From: Gemmatimonadales bacterium | GTDB lineage: Bacteria > Gemmatimonadota > Gemmatimonadetes > Gemmatimonadales > GWC2-71-9 | Assembly: GCA_036505055.1 (NCBI GenBank) | Contig: DASXUE010000021.1 | Coordinates: 42,467-106,466 of the forward strand | DNA: 64,000 bases | Direction: 5' to 3' | In this document: in pieces, positions 1 to 10,848 of the stretch | Layout: each line of letters opens with the position of its first letter | Position numbering within the stretch: position 1 is the stretch's first letter | The notes under the pieces: generated by a model | The model's input: the letters and a program-made list of their open reading frames with translations, nothing else | Databases searched by the model: none | What the model was told of the DNA's origin: nothing | Translations under genes and position numbers: made by a program

Positions 1-236
1 GTCCCCGAGCGGCTGCGGAGCGTGGAGAACTGCGAGCTGTGCACCGACGACAGCCCCGAAACGATCGCGGCGGCGCTGGAGCGCGTGCTGCGGCGCGGAG
101 GCCGCTGCGATGGGCGGCGCACCGTCCTGTCCCTCGCGGAGGAAGCGCTCACCCAGCGCGTGATCGCCGTGTATCGTTCCGTGCTCGACGCGCAGGGCGC
201 GCGCGCGGGGGTCTCACCCTCAGGAGTCGCATCGTC

Positions 237-252
<16 letters not shown>
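1..252 (+). CDS. 3' end of a probable glycosyltransferase gene (5' part upstream of window)
   Basis: Frame +1 is open from nt 1 to TAG 250-252. The tail ...CELCTDDSPETIAAALERVLRRGG... resembles GT1/GT4 C-termini. It overlaps the asnB start by 16 nt. The family call is weak. Confidence 0.4.
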
Positions 253-2229
<1,977 letters not shown>

Positions 2230-2249
<20 letters not shown>

Positions 2250-3762
2250 ACACGTTGAACTGTGGCCCCGGCGTGATCGGCGGATGGGGGCTGCCGCCGA
2301 TCGGCAAGGGCGGCGCCACCGCACTCATCGGGAAGTTGACAGCGGCGCCCGTGTAGGTACCGGTCAGCACCGGCGACCCCCACAGATTCATCACGTTCCG
2401 CACTTCGAACTGCAGCCCGGTGGACAGACCGATGCCCGCGAGGCTCACCGGCACGGTCGCGGCCCCGCCCCAATTGACGATCGCGACCATCGCGGCGCCG
2501 GGCAGGTACTGGTGCGGGCGCACCATCACGAACGGCGCGCTCGGCGTGCCCGCCACGGCATTGTCCGTGGCGCTCAGGCTCGTGTTGGTCTTCCAGGTGG
2601 CGAAGTTCAGGTTACTGCCGTTGAAGCGCCACGCGGTGGCAGCGGGATCGCGGTAAAACATGTTACCGGCCCAGTTTTGCGCTGGCGACGGCGTGCCGTC
2701 CAGCTGTCGTGTCATCATCGCGCTGCCGATAAACGTGTTGTTCAGCATCTTGAGGTCGGTCCAGTCGGAGACCTCGACCGCCGGGTTGCCGTTCACCACA
2801 TAGTTGTCGCGAAACACCGCGACACTGTCGAGGGGTCCCCCGGGATAGCCGACCCGCACGTTGTAGTCGGTCGTGGCGCTGGGCGAGAAATAGAACAGAT
2901 TGTTCCGCACGGTATCGAAGTTCGCGATGTTGTCCCCGCCGATCTGGAAATTCGGGTTCACGTCGTCTGAGGTGGTGCTGTTGTTGAACGAGACGTTGCC
3001 CTCGAACACCATGTGCTGGAGCTTGCCGCTGCTTCCCGAACCCGTGTAGCCGTGGATGCCGAAGCCGAACTGGTCGAAGATCACGTTGTCCCGAAAGATC
3101 TTCTTGCCCGCGGTCGCGAGGTTCTTGACGTACAGGCCGTGCCCATCCGACCGGCTCCCCACCCACTGGTGCCCGCCGTTGTACACGATCCAGCCGTAGA
3201 TCTCGATGTTGCCCGCATCGGGCTCCGTGTACGTCCCGTGCCCGGCGTCGTGCACGACGAAATTGATGAACTTGAGGTCGTGCGCGTTCTGGACGTAGAC
3301 GCCGGTGGGCCGCACGCCAAGCATGTCCCCCGTGCGGGTCGTGTTCGTGTTCACGATCTCGAGACCCCAATAGTTCACCCACGATCCGTCCACGGTGAAC
3401 TGCTCGTTCGACAAGCTGTTGGTGGTCAGGGTGACGCGCTCGCCAGGGTAGGCGGACACGATGATCGGCGCGGCGCTCGATCCGGTGAGCGACGAGTAAA
3501 AGGTCCCGACGTAGTCGCCCCCGCGGATCCACAGGGTGTCGCCGGGATTGATGGCTGCGCCATCCAGCGCGTACTGCAGGCTCCAGGGGAGCGTGTCGCT
3601 GCCGTTTCCCTGCGGTGTGCCGGTGGTGCGCACGTACCACCCGGTGCGGGTGCCGGGCGGCGGGGGCGGAGGCTCGCCCGGGCTCGGACGCGCGCACGCG
3701 AGAACGGACAGCTGCAGCAACAGACCGGGCATGACGAGCAACATCGCAGACCGCCGGGACAT
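2230..3762 (-). CDS. secreted lipoprotein, right-handed parallel beta-helix module (paralog 1 of 3)
   Basis: ATG 3762 gives MSRRSAMLLVMPGLLLQLSVLAC (lipobox), followed by a poly-Pro linker. Full-length similarity to the C-terminal modules of the 5969-10345 and 10849-12915 products (GDTxWxRGG, HDxGHGTYTE, SDGHGxYxKN, FGFGIHGY). Confidence 0.75.
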
Positions 3763-3992
3763 GACAGCGCTCACTGGTGGAAACCGGGGGGACAATCATT
3801 CACCGAGGGCCGCGGCGACACAAGAAGCAACGTCACCACAAGGTGGTTTCCGGCGATGATTCAACTCTGTGGCAAGATGCTGGCAACCGGAGCGCGATCG
3901 GGCGCCGCGCGGCGCCCGCGGGCAACATCGTAACTCAGTGTCACAACGCCGGTTACGTGGATCATCCGTGGGGCGGGGGAACGGCACGAAAG

Positions 3993-5972
3993 ATGAGTAA
4001 CAGTACGCCGATGACCACCATCCCCCTGCGGGCAGGCAGCCCCGCCCAAGACGGCGTCGCCCGGTCACTCGGCGTCCTCGAGTCCGTAACGCTGCGCAGC
4101 TTCACGGTCCGCCGCCTCGTCAAGATCGCCCTCGACTTCGCCTGCGGCATGGCTGCCGTCGGCCTCGCCGTGCTGCTGGAGCGGCCTGCCGGGCCGGCGC
4201 CGGCGGGTTGGGGACTCCTTGCGGTCGGCACGGGCGCCGTGCTCGTGGCCAGCCACGCCCTCGGGGGCAGCTACCGGGCCATCTGGCGCTACACCAGCCT
4301 GCGTGAGGCGATCAGCACGGGAGTGTCCAGTCTCGCCGTGCTGGCAGCCTTGGCGATCGCGAATGCGGTCGGGGTTGTAGTCATTTCCCCCACGTTGGCG
4401 GTGCTGGTCACGCTCTTTTCCGTCGTGCTTTGCGCCGGCCTGCGGACCCTGCGGCGCTGGCAGGTTTCGCTCGCCAAGCGCGGCGGCGTTCCCGTCCGCG
4501 TGACGCAGAGCCGTGCGGGCCCGCACCGGGTCCTGATCGCGGGTGCAGGCGAGCACGGGCTTTCGATCGCGCGCGACCTGCTGCGGTCCACGAATGACGG
4601 CGTGACGCTGGCCGGCTTCCTGGACGACGACCCCGCCAAGATCGGCGCGGCACCCCTTGGCTTGCCCGTCCTCGGGCCGTTGGCGGACGTCCTCACGATC
4701 GCGGAGCGGCACCAGGTCAACGAGATCATCGTCGCCATGCCCTCGAGCGCCCCGGACGTGGTCCGCGGCTTCGTGCGGCACGTCGAGGATTCGGGGCTGC
4801 GCGTCCGGACCGTGGGCGGCGTGGCGCGCTTTGTCCGTGGAGCCGCGTTGCATCGCCCCGGGCAGACGACCATCGAGGAGCTGCTGGCCGAGGGCTCCAC
4901 GGGAGCCGCAGGAGCGGGGGGGGTCCGCCGCGTGCTGGTCACCGGCGGCGCCGGGTACATTGGCTCACACCTTACCCGCATGTTGCTGGAGCGCGGATAC
5001 CACGTGCGCCTGCTCGACCGCTTCGACTACGGCCGGGCGGCGCTCGAGGGCATCGCCGGGCACCCGCACCTCGAGGTGATCGCGGGCGACATCACGTCCA
5101 GCCGCGACTTGACGCGCGCCCTCAAGGACGTCGACGGCGTGATCGCCCTCGCCGCGATCGTCGGCGATCCCGCATGCAATCTCTACCCCGACGAGACCGT
5201 CAACCTCAATTACCTCTCGACCAAGATCCTGGTCGACGCCTGCAACTTCTACGGCGTGCGCCGCCTGGTGTTCGCTTCGAGCTGCAGCGTGTACGGGTCC
5301 AACAACGGCGGCTTCCTCACGGAAGCGTCGCGCTTGAACCCCGTCTCGCTGTACGCGCGCACGCGGGTGCTCAGCGAGAACCTGCTGTTCGACCGCCGCG
5401 GCGATGTCGAGCCGGTGGTGCTGCGCCTCTCAACGGTGTTCGGGCTGTCCCCGCGGATGCGCTTCGACCTGGTCGTGAACACGCTGACCGCGCGGGCCGT
5501 GCTCCAGCACAAGATCGGGGTGTTCGGCGGCAATCAGTGGCGCCCGCACGTGCACTGCCGTGACGCGGCCCGGGCGTTCATCCTCGCGCTCGAGGCGCCG
5601 GCGCCCATGGTGGCAGGTGAAGTGTTCAACGTGGGCGGCGACGCTTCCAACCTGCGCATCGATGCGCTGGGAGAGCTGGTCGCCGAGATCGTCGGCGGCG
5701 TGGAAGTGGCGCGCCATGGCGACGTCGCGGACCCCCGGGACTACCGCGTCAGCTTCGCGAAGATCCGGCGCGTGCTGGGCTTCGAGCCCGAGTTCTCCGT
5801 CGCCCGCGGCATCCGCGAGGTCGCCGCCGCCGTGCGTGCCAATGCGCACTTCCAGCGGTTCGACGACCCCGTCTACCACAACGTCGAGGCCTTCAAAGAG
5901 GCCGTCGACACGCCCCGCCGGCGGCGGGACGACCGGGTCTCCGCTCCCGTCCGGCAGCTCGCGCAGGCTTAA
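3993..5972 (+). CDS. membrane-anchored NAD-dependent sugar epimerase/dehydratase (WbpM/CapD-like architecture)
   Basis: ATG 3993 follows GGGGGA. Hydrophobic N-terminus with about 4 TM segments. A Rossmann-like VLIAGAGEHG segment is followed by VLVTGGAGYIGSHL of an extended-SDR epimerase domain. Confidence 0.8.
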   Translation: MSNSTPMTTIPLRAGSPAQDGVARSLGVLESVTLRSFTVRRLVKIALDFACGMAAVGLAVLLERPAGPAPAGWGLLAVGTGAVLVASHALGGSYRAIWRYTSLREAISTGVSSLAVLAALAIANAVGVVVISPTLAVLVTLFSVVLCAGLRTLRRWQVSLAKRGGVPVRVTQSRAGPHRVLIAGAGEHGLSIARDLLRSTNDGVTLAGFLDDDPAKIGAAPLGLPVLGPLADVLTIAERHQVNEIIVAMPSSAPDVVRGFVRHVEDSGLRVRTVGGVARFVRGAALHRPGQTTIEELLAEGSTGAAGAGGVRRVLVTGGAGYIGSHLTRMLLERGYHVRLLDRFDYGRAALEGIAGHPHLEVIAGDITSSRDLTRALKDVDGVIALAAIVGDPACNLYPDETVNLNYLSTKILVDACNFYGVRRLVFASSCSVYGSNNGGFLTEASRLNPVSLYARTRVLSENLLFDRRGDVEPVVLRLSTVFGLSPRMRFDLVVNTLTARAVLQHKIGVFGGNQWRPHVHCRDAARAFILALEAPAPMVAGEVFNVGGDASNLRIDALGELVAEIVGGVEVARHGDVADPRDYRVSFAKIRRVLGFEPEFSVARGIREVAAAVRANAHFQRFDDPVYHNVEAFKEAVDTPRRRRDDRVSAPVRQLAQA

Positions 5973-8900
5973 GGCGCGCGGCTGGTCACCACAAAGACGT
6001 TGAAGTCCGGCCCCGTGACGAGCGGGGCGTTCGGACTGCCCCCGATCGGCGCTTGCGCCGTCACACCGCCCATGGGGAAGGACAACGCTCCACCGCCGAA
6101 CGTGCCCGACGCCACCGGGGCGCCGAAGATCTGCTGCACGTTCCGGATCTCGTAGAGCCAGCCGGGCGGTACGATCCCCGTGAGATCGACGCTGACGCTG
6201 GACTGGCGGGTAGGGTTGTAGATCGCCACCGTCGCCCGCCCCGGCTCGTACAGGTTCGGCCGGACGACGATCTTGGGCGCCGTCGGCTTCCCCGCAATCG
6301 CTTGATCGGTCGCGGCCAACCCGGTCGCCTGCTGCCATCCCGCGAAGGTGTAGGACGTCCCCTTGAGAATCCACGCCTTCGCGGCGGGGTCGCGATAATG
6401 CAGATTGCCGCTCCATGTCTGCCCGCTCGTGCTGGGGTCGTTCAGGCGCGCCATGGTGGCGTCGCCCACGAACGTATTCCCGATCCACTGCAGGTTCTGC
6501 CAGTAGCCCACCTCGGTCATCTCGCCGCCGCCCACGATGTAGTTGTTCCGCACCGTCGTGGTGCCGTTCAGCAGCGTGTTGTAGCCCATCCGGATGTTCC
6601 AGAAGCCGTGCCCGGGCGAGAAGTACAGGATGTTGTCGGCCACGACGTCGTTGTCGGCCACCAGGTTGCCGCCGATTTGGAGGTTCGGGTTGTCGTCCGT
6701 CGACAGCTCGCCGTTGTTGAACAGCACGTTCCCCTCGAACGTCAGGTTCTTGAGGGTCCCGCTCGACTCCGAGTAGCCGTGAATGCCGAACCCGAACTGG
6801 TTGAAGATGATGTTGTCGCGCGCGACCTTGACGCCCGGGGTGTTGTTCTTGATGTAGATCCCGTGGCCGTCCGAGCGCGTGGACGTCTGGTGCCCGCCGT
6901 TGAAGATGATCCACCCGTAGATCTCGATGTTCTGCGCGTCGTACTCGGTGTACGTACCGTGCCCCGTATCGTGCACGATCAGGTTCACGAGCTTCACGTT
7001 GTTCGCGTTGCGCACGTACACGCCCGTCGGCCGCAGACCGAGGACGTCGCCGCTCCGCGCGGTCGAGGAGTTCATGACCTCGAGACCCCAGTAGACCGCC
7101 CACGACCCGTCCACGGTGAACCCTTCGAGCGCCGAGCCGTTGCCGTCCAGAATCGCCCGCTCGCCGGGGTAGGCCCGCATCACGATGGGCGCCGCCGACG
7201 TGCCCGTGAGGCTGCCCGTGAACGTCCCGACATACCTGCCGTCGCGCACCCAGACGGTATCGCCCGGCTTGATCCGGCCGCCGGCGCCCGACATCGCGGT
7301 GCGCAGATCCCACGGCCGCGAAATGCTGCCGTCGTTGCCGCTCGATCCCGTCGTCGTGACGTAGAACCCGGCGTGCACGGTGCCGCCGCCCGTCGTGACC
7401 GTGACGGTGGCCGAACCGCTCTTGCCTTCACTCGTGGCGGTGATCGTCGCGCTGCCCGCGAGCAGGCCGGTGACGAGACCAGTCCCGTTGACGCTCGCGA
7501 CCCCCGTGTTGCTGCTCGCCCACGTGACCGCCCGACCGGTCAAGACGCCACCGGCCGAGTCCTTGGTCGTGGCGGCGAGTTGCACTGTCCCGCCGGCCGC
7601 GACGCTCGCCGAGGCCGGACTGACCGTCACCGAAGCGACGGGGACGTTCGCGACCGTAACCGCCGCCGTCCCGCTCTTCCCTTCGCTCGTGGCGGTGATC
7701 GTCGCCGAGCCCGCCACCTTGGCCGTGACCAGGCCGGCGGCACTCACCGTCGCGACGGTCGTGTTGCTGCTCACCCAGGTGATCGCCCGCCCCGTCAACA
7801 CGTTACCGGCCGAGTCCTTGGTGGTGGCCGTCAACTGCGCCGTCTTGCTGACGAACAGGCTGACCGAGGCCGGCGCGATCGTCACCGAGGCCACCGGGAC
7901 CACCGTCACCGTGATCGCCGACGTGCCGTTCTTGCCTTCACTGGTCGCGGTGATCGTGGCCGACCCCGCCGCGACGCCTGTGACCAACCCGCTCGCCGAC
8001 ACCGTGGCGACGCCGGCCGCGCTCGTGCTCCACGTGACCGTGCGTCCGGTCAACACGCCTCCGGCCGAGTCCTTGGTCGTGGCAGTCAGTTGAGCCGTCG
8101 CACCCACGCGGATGCTCGCCGACACGGGACTCACCGTCACCGTTGCCACCGGCACTGCGTTCACCGCGACGATGGCGGTCCCGCTCTTCCCTTCACTCGT
8201 CGCCGTGATCGTGGCCGATCCCACCGCGACCCCGCTGACCAACCCACTGGCCGACAGCGTCGCCACCCCGGCCGCGCTCGTCGTCCAGGTAACCACACGC
8301 CCGCCGAGGACATTACCAGCCGAGTCTTTGGTGGTCGCCGTGAGCTGCACGGTCCCGCCAATCACCAGGCTCGGTGCCGCCGGACTCACTGTGACCGTCG
8401 CCACCGGGGCGAGCGTCACTGAGACGGCCGCCGTGCCGCTCTTCCCTTCGCTCGTCGCCGTGATCGTCGCGGACCCCGCCCCGACTCCGGTAACCAAGCC
8501 ACTGGCGGATACCGTAGCGACCCCTGCGGCGCTCGTCGTCCACGTGAGCGCGCGCCCGGTCAGTACGTTCCCGGCCGAGTCCTTCGGCGTGGCCGTGAGC
8601 TGGGTCGTACCGCCGACCCGGATGCCCGCCGACGCCGGACTCACCGTCACCGTCGCCACGGGCACGGCGCTCACGGTGACTGCCGCGGTTCCACTCTTGC
8701 CTTCGCTCGTCGCGGTGATCGTGGCCGATCCCACCGCGACCCCGCTGACCAACCCACCGGCCGACACCGTCGCCACCCCGGCCGCGCTCGTCGTCCAGGT
8801 AACCACACGCCCGCTGAGGACGTTACCAGCCGAATCCTTGGTGGTCGCCGTGAGCTGCACGGCGCCGCCAACCACCAGGCTGGGTGCCGCCGGACTCACC

Positions 8901-10345
8901 GTGACTGTCGCCACCGGGACGAGCGTGACGGAGATGGCCGCCGTACCGCTCTTCCCTTCGCTGGTCGCCGTGATCGCCGCGGACCCCGCGCCGACGCCAC
9001 TGACCAGGCCACTCGCCGACACCGTGGCGACGCCGGCTGCGCTCGTCGCCCACGTGACCGCGCGCCCGGTCAGAACGTTGCCTGCCGAATCCTTGGGGGT
9101 CGCCGTGAGCTGAGTCGTACCGCCGACCCGGATGCCCGCGGACGCCGGACTCACCGTCACCGTCGCCACGGGCACGGCGCTCACCGTGGCCGCGGCGGAT
9201 CCACTCTTGCCTTCGCTCGTGGCGGTGATCGTCGCGGATCCCGCCGCGACGCCGGTCATGAGCCCGCCGGCCGATACCGTTGCCACGGCCGGTGCGCTGC
9301 TCGCCCACGTGACCACGCGTCCCGTCAGCGGATTGCCATTCGCGTCCTTCGGAGTGGCGGTGAGCTGCGCCGTCTGACCGACCAGCACGCTCGGCGAGGC
9401 GGGGCTCACGGTTACCGAGGCCACCGGCACTGGGGTCACCGTGATCGCCGCCGTGCCGTTCCTGCCCTCACTACTGGCCGTGATCGTGGCCATCCCGGCA
9501 GCGCCGCCGGTCACCAGCCCGGTCCCACTCACCGCCGCCACCGGCGCGTTGCTCGTCGTCCAGGTGATCGTCCGCCCGGTGAGCGGATTCCCATTGGCGT
9601 CCCTCGGCGTCGCCGTCAGTTGCACGCTCTGGCCAGCCGTCACGCTCGCCGACGCGGGGCTCACCGTCACCGACGCCACCGGCACCACCGTCACCGTGAT
9701 CGCCGCCGTGCCGCTCTGCCCCTCACAGACGGCGGTCACCGTGGCGACACCCGCGGCCATGCCGCTCGCGAGCCCGCTGCCGTTGACGGTGACCACCCCG
9801 GGGTTGGTCGAGGCCCAGGTCACCACCCGCCCACTCAGCGCATTGCCGTCCGCATCGTACGGCGTCGCGGTCAGCTGCACCGTTTGCCCGATCATGACGC
9901 CCGCCGTGGCCGGACTGACCGCGACGGTCACCACCGTCGCGGGCGTCACCGTCACGACGGCCGTGTCAGACGGTCCTCCCGGATTCCCTTTGGCGACGAC
10001 TTTGACTTTTCCGGTATCCGCACCGGCCCGATAGCGTCCGCGATGCTGGCCGTTGGTCGTGCTCGTGTCGACGATGCTGCCGCTCGTGACGCTCCAGCTC
10101 ACCGCCATCGCGGCCGTGTCGCCCGTGCCCGTGACGCCGACGGCGGTGAAGTCGGTGGCTTGGTACTGCTGCAAGGTGAACGTCTTGGGGGAGACTTCGA
10201 GCCGATACGCATTCTCACCAACTGGCGGCCGCGTGGGCAACTCACACGAGACCACCGCGGCGATGGCCAGCGCCACCGCCGTGAAGCCGACGCCCTGCTG
10301 TCGCATCCGGGCCAGACGCTGGGCCAGCTTGAAGGTGAAAGGCAT
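5969..10345 (-). CDS. giant cell-surface protein: signal/lipobox, 1 divergent + 10 canonical Big_2 Ig-like domains, C-terminal beta-helix module
   Basis: ATG 10345 is preceded by GGAGGA (the ORF-track TTG at 10357 lies inside the SD). N-terminus ...AVALAIAAVVSC. Ten 85-aa units of the form VTVSPAS..QLTAT.KD..GN.L.GR.VTW..S...VATVS..GLV.G...GSATITATSEGKSG. The last ~470 aa are paralogous to the 2230-3762 product. Confidence 0.85.
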   Translation of the reverse strand: MPFTFKLAQRLARMRQQGVGFTAVALAIAAVVSCELPTRPPVGENAYRLEVSPKTFTLQQYQATDFTAVGVTGTGDTAAMAVSWSVTSGSIVDTSTTNGQHRGRYRAGADTGKVKVVAKGNPGGPSDTAVVTVTPATVVTVAVSPATAGVMIGQTVQLTATPYDADGNALSGRVVTWASTNPGVVTVNGSGLASGMAAGVATVTAVCEGQSGTAAITVTVVPVASVTVSPASASVTAGQSVQLTATPRDANGNPLTGRTITWTTSNAPVAAVSGTGLVTGGAAGMATITASSEGRNGTAAITVTPVPVASVTVSPASPSVLVGQTAQLTATPKDANGNPLTGRVVTWASSAPAVATVSAGGLMTGVAAGSATITATSEGKSGSAAATVSAVPVATVTVSPASAGIRVGGTTQLTATPKDSAGNVLTGRAVTWATSAAGVATVSASGLVSGVGAGSAAITATSEGKSGTAAISVTLVPVATVTVSPAAPSLVVGGAVQLTATTKDSAGNVLSGRVVTWTTSAAGVATVSAGGLVSGVAVGSATITATSEGKSGTAAVTVSAVPVATVTVSPASAGIRVGGTTQLTATPKDSAGNVLTGRALTWTTSAAGVATVSASGLVTGVGAGSATITATSEGKSGTAAVSVTLAPVATVTVSPAAPSLVIGGTVQLTATTKDSAGNVLGGRVVTWTTSAAGVATLSASGLVSGVAVGSATITATSEGKSGTAIVAVNAVPVATVTVSPVSASIRVGATAQLTATTKDSAGGVLTGRTVTWSTSAAGVATVSASGLVTGVAAGSATITATSEGKNGTSAITVTVVPVASVTIAPASVSLFVSKTAQLTATTKDSAGNVLTGRAITWVSSNTTVATVSAAGLVTAKVAGSATITATSEGKSGTAAVTVANVPVASVTVSPASASVAAGGTVQLAATTKDSAGGVLTGRAVTWASSNTGVASVNGTGLVTGLLAGSATITATSEGKSGSATVTVTTGGGTVHAGFYVTTTGSSGNDGSISRPWDLRTAMSGAGGRIKPGDTVWVRDGRYVGTFTGSLTGTSAAPIVMRAYPGERAILDGNGSALEGFTVDGSWAVYWGLEVMNSSTARSGDVLGLRPTGVYVRNANNVKLVNLIVHDTGHGTYTEYDAQNIEIYGWIIFNGGHQTSTRSDGHGIYIKNNTPGVKVARDNIIFNQFGFGIHGYSESSGTLKNLTFEGNVLFNNGELSTDDNPNLQIGGNLVADNDVVADNILYFSPGHGFWNIRMGYNTLLNGTTTVRNNYIVGGGEMTEVGYWQNLQWIGNTFVGDATMARLNDPSTSGQTWSGNLHYRDPAAKAWILKGTSYTFAGWQQATGLAATDQAIAGKPTAPKIVVRPNLYEPGRATVAIYNPTRQSSVSVDLTGIVPPGWLYEIRNVQQIFGAPVASGTFGGGALSFPMGGVTAQAPIGGSPNAPLVTGPDFNVFVVTSRAP
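7376..9925 (-). repeat. ten tandem 255-bp coding repeats (Big_2 domains)
   Basis: The 85-aa period can be read in the translation. Shadow ORFs 8161-8361 and 8671-8871 are near-identical at a 510-bp offset. Confidence 0.9.
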
Positions 10346-10355
10346 CGCTTCCTCC

Positions 10356-10485
10356 AAAAAAAAGAAGGCCGCCGGTTCGACCCCGAGAGGTCGACGCTGG
10401 CGGCCCGGCTGGCATGGCGGCTGATGCCGCGGTAGCCCCGTTAGCTCTGCGTCACCGCCTTTCGGCGGCTTTGCTCTGAGCAGCG
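10356..10485 (-). promoter_or_regulatory. structured 5' leader element, copy B (candidate riboswitch/attenuator) ending in terminator + U8, then SD and ATG of the giant gene
   Basis: Minus-strand RNA: CGCUGCUCAGAGCAAAGCCGCCGAAAGGCGGUGACGCAGAGCUAACGGGGCUACCGCGGCAUCAGCCGCCAUGCCAGCCGG + GGCCGCCAGCGUCGACCUCUCGGGGUCGAACCGGCGGCC + UUCUUUUUUUUGGAGGAAGCGAUG. Confidence 0.55.
10367..10405 (-). terminator. intrinsic-terminator-like hairpin with U-tract inside the leader
   Basis: Outer stem GGCCGCC/GGCGGCC plus inner stem UCGACC/GGUCGA, followed by UUCUUUUUUUU (A8 on the plus strand at 10356-10363). Confidence 0.55.
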
Positions 10486-10519
10486 CTGGTCGTCATTGTC
10501 CGACTCCCTGGCGGGCGGC

Positions 10520-10651
10520 GGAAAACGAAACCGGGCCGCCGCAATCGACTGGAGTCGATTCGCTGGCGGCCCGGCTGGCATGGCGGCTGGTGCCGCTGTA
10601 GCCCCGTTGGCTCTGCGTCACCGCCTTTCGGCGGCTATGCTCTGAGCAGCG
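10520..10651 (-). promoter_or_regulatory. structured leader element, copy A (tandem duplicate, 166-nt period)
   Basis: The 5' ~80 nt are nearly identical to copy B. The hairpin GGCCGCCAGCGAAUCGACUCCAGUCGAUUGCGGCGGCC keeps the outer stem but has a different, still self-complementary, inner stem. It is followed by CGGUUUCGUUUUCC. Confidence 0.5.
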
Positions 10652-10803
10652 TTCGTATTGCAACGCGGAGTCGGTCACCCGACTCAGCGCGTTTGGACCC
10701 CGGGGAGGCAAGATGTGTTCCCGACGCCACGGGAAAGGCGCTGCCGTGCGAGCCGCGCGTCACTTAGCGCGCGTGATTTGATGTGACTTGGGAGGCTGTT
10801 GTG

Positions 10804-10841
10804 GTACCGCAATATGCATTGAACAACGCAGTTTGCGGTAC
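10804..10841 (-). terminator. long stem-loop 7 nt after the stop of the 10849-12915 gene (no U-tract)
   Basis: GUACCGCAA-AC-UGCGUU-GUUC-AAUGCA-UA-UUGCGGUAC, i.e. 9 + 6 bp. Confidence 0.4.
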
Positions 10842-10848
10842 TTTGCGC

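Noticed and set aside
39-236. N-terminal 66-aa extension of asnB in the ORF track. Similar upstream extensions occur for alaS (to 24410), ftsK (to 35812), accC (to 37769), accB (to 40130), tolB, cca and rarA.
   Set aside because: The extensions are Arg-rich, overlap upstream genes, and precede canonical conserved N-termini ([28 protein letters not shown] and others).
5430-8422. Very long ORFs overlapping the giant gene in other frames or on the other strand (5430-7313 minus, 6053-8422 plus, and others).
   Set aside because: They have Arg/Pro/Gly/His-rich compositions, no motifs and no plausible starts. These are typical shadow ORFs of GC-rich DNA. The Big_2/beta-helix frame explains the region.
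7376-9925. Regular 255-bp tandem repeats that could be mistaken for a CRISPR-like or satellite array.
   Set aside because: There is no repeat/spacer alternation. The units are contiguous and translate into 85-aa Big_2 domains within one ORF.
10452-10496. A 14-codon mini-ORF (MTTSAAQSKAAERR) with GGGAG 7 nt upstream, overlapping leader copy B. It could be a possible attenuation leader peptide.
   Set aside because: There is no equivalent ORF in copy A, no run of a regulatory amino acid, and the stop lies inside the conserved hairpin. It is probably coincidental, and it is noted only for completeness.
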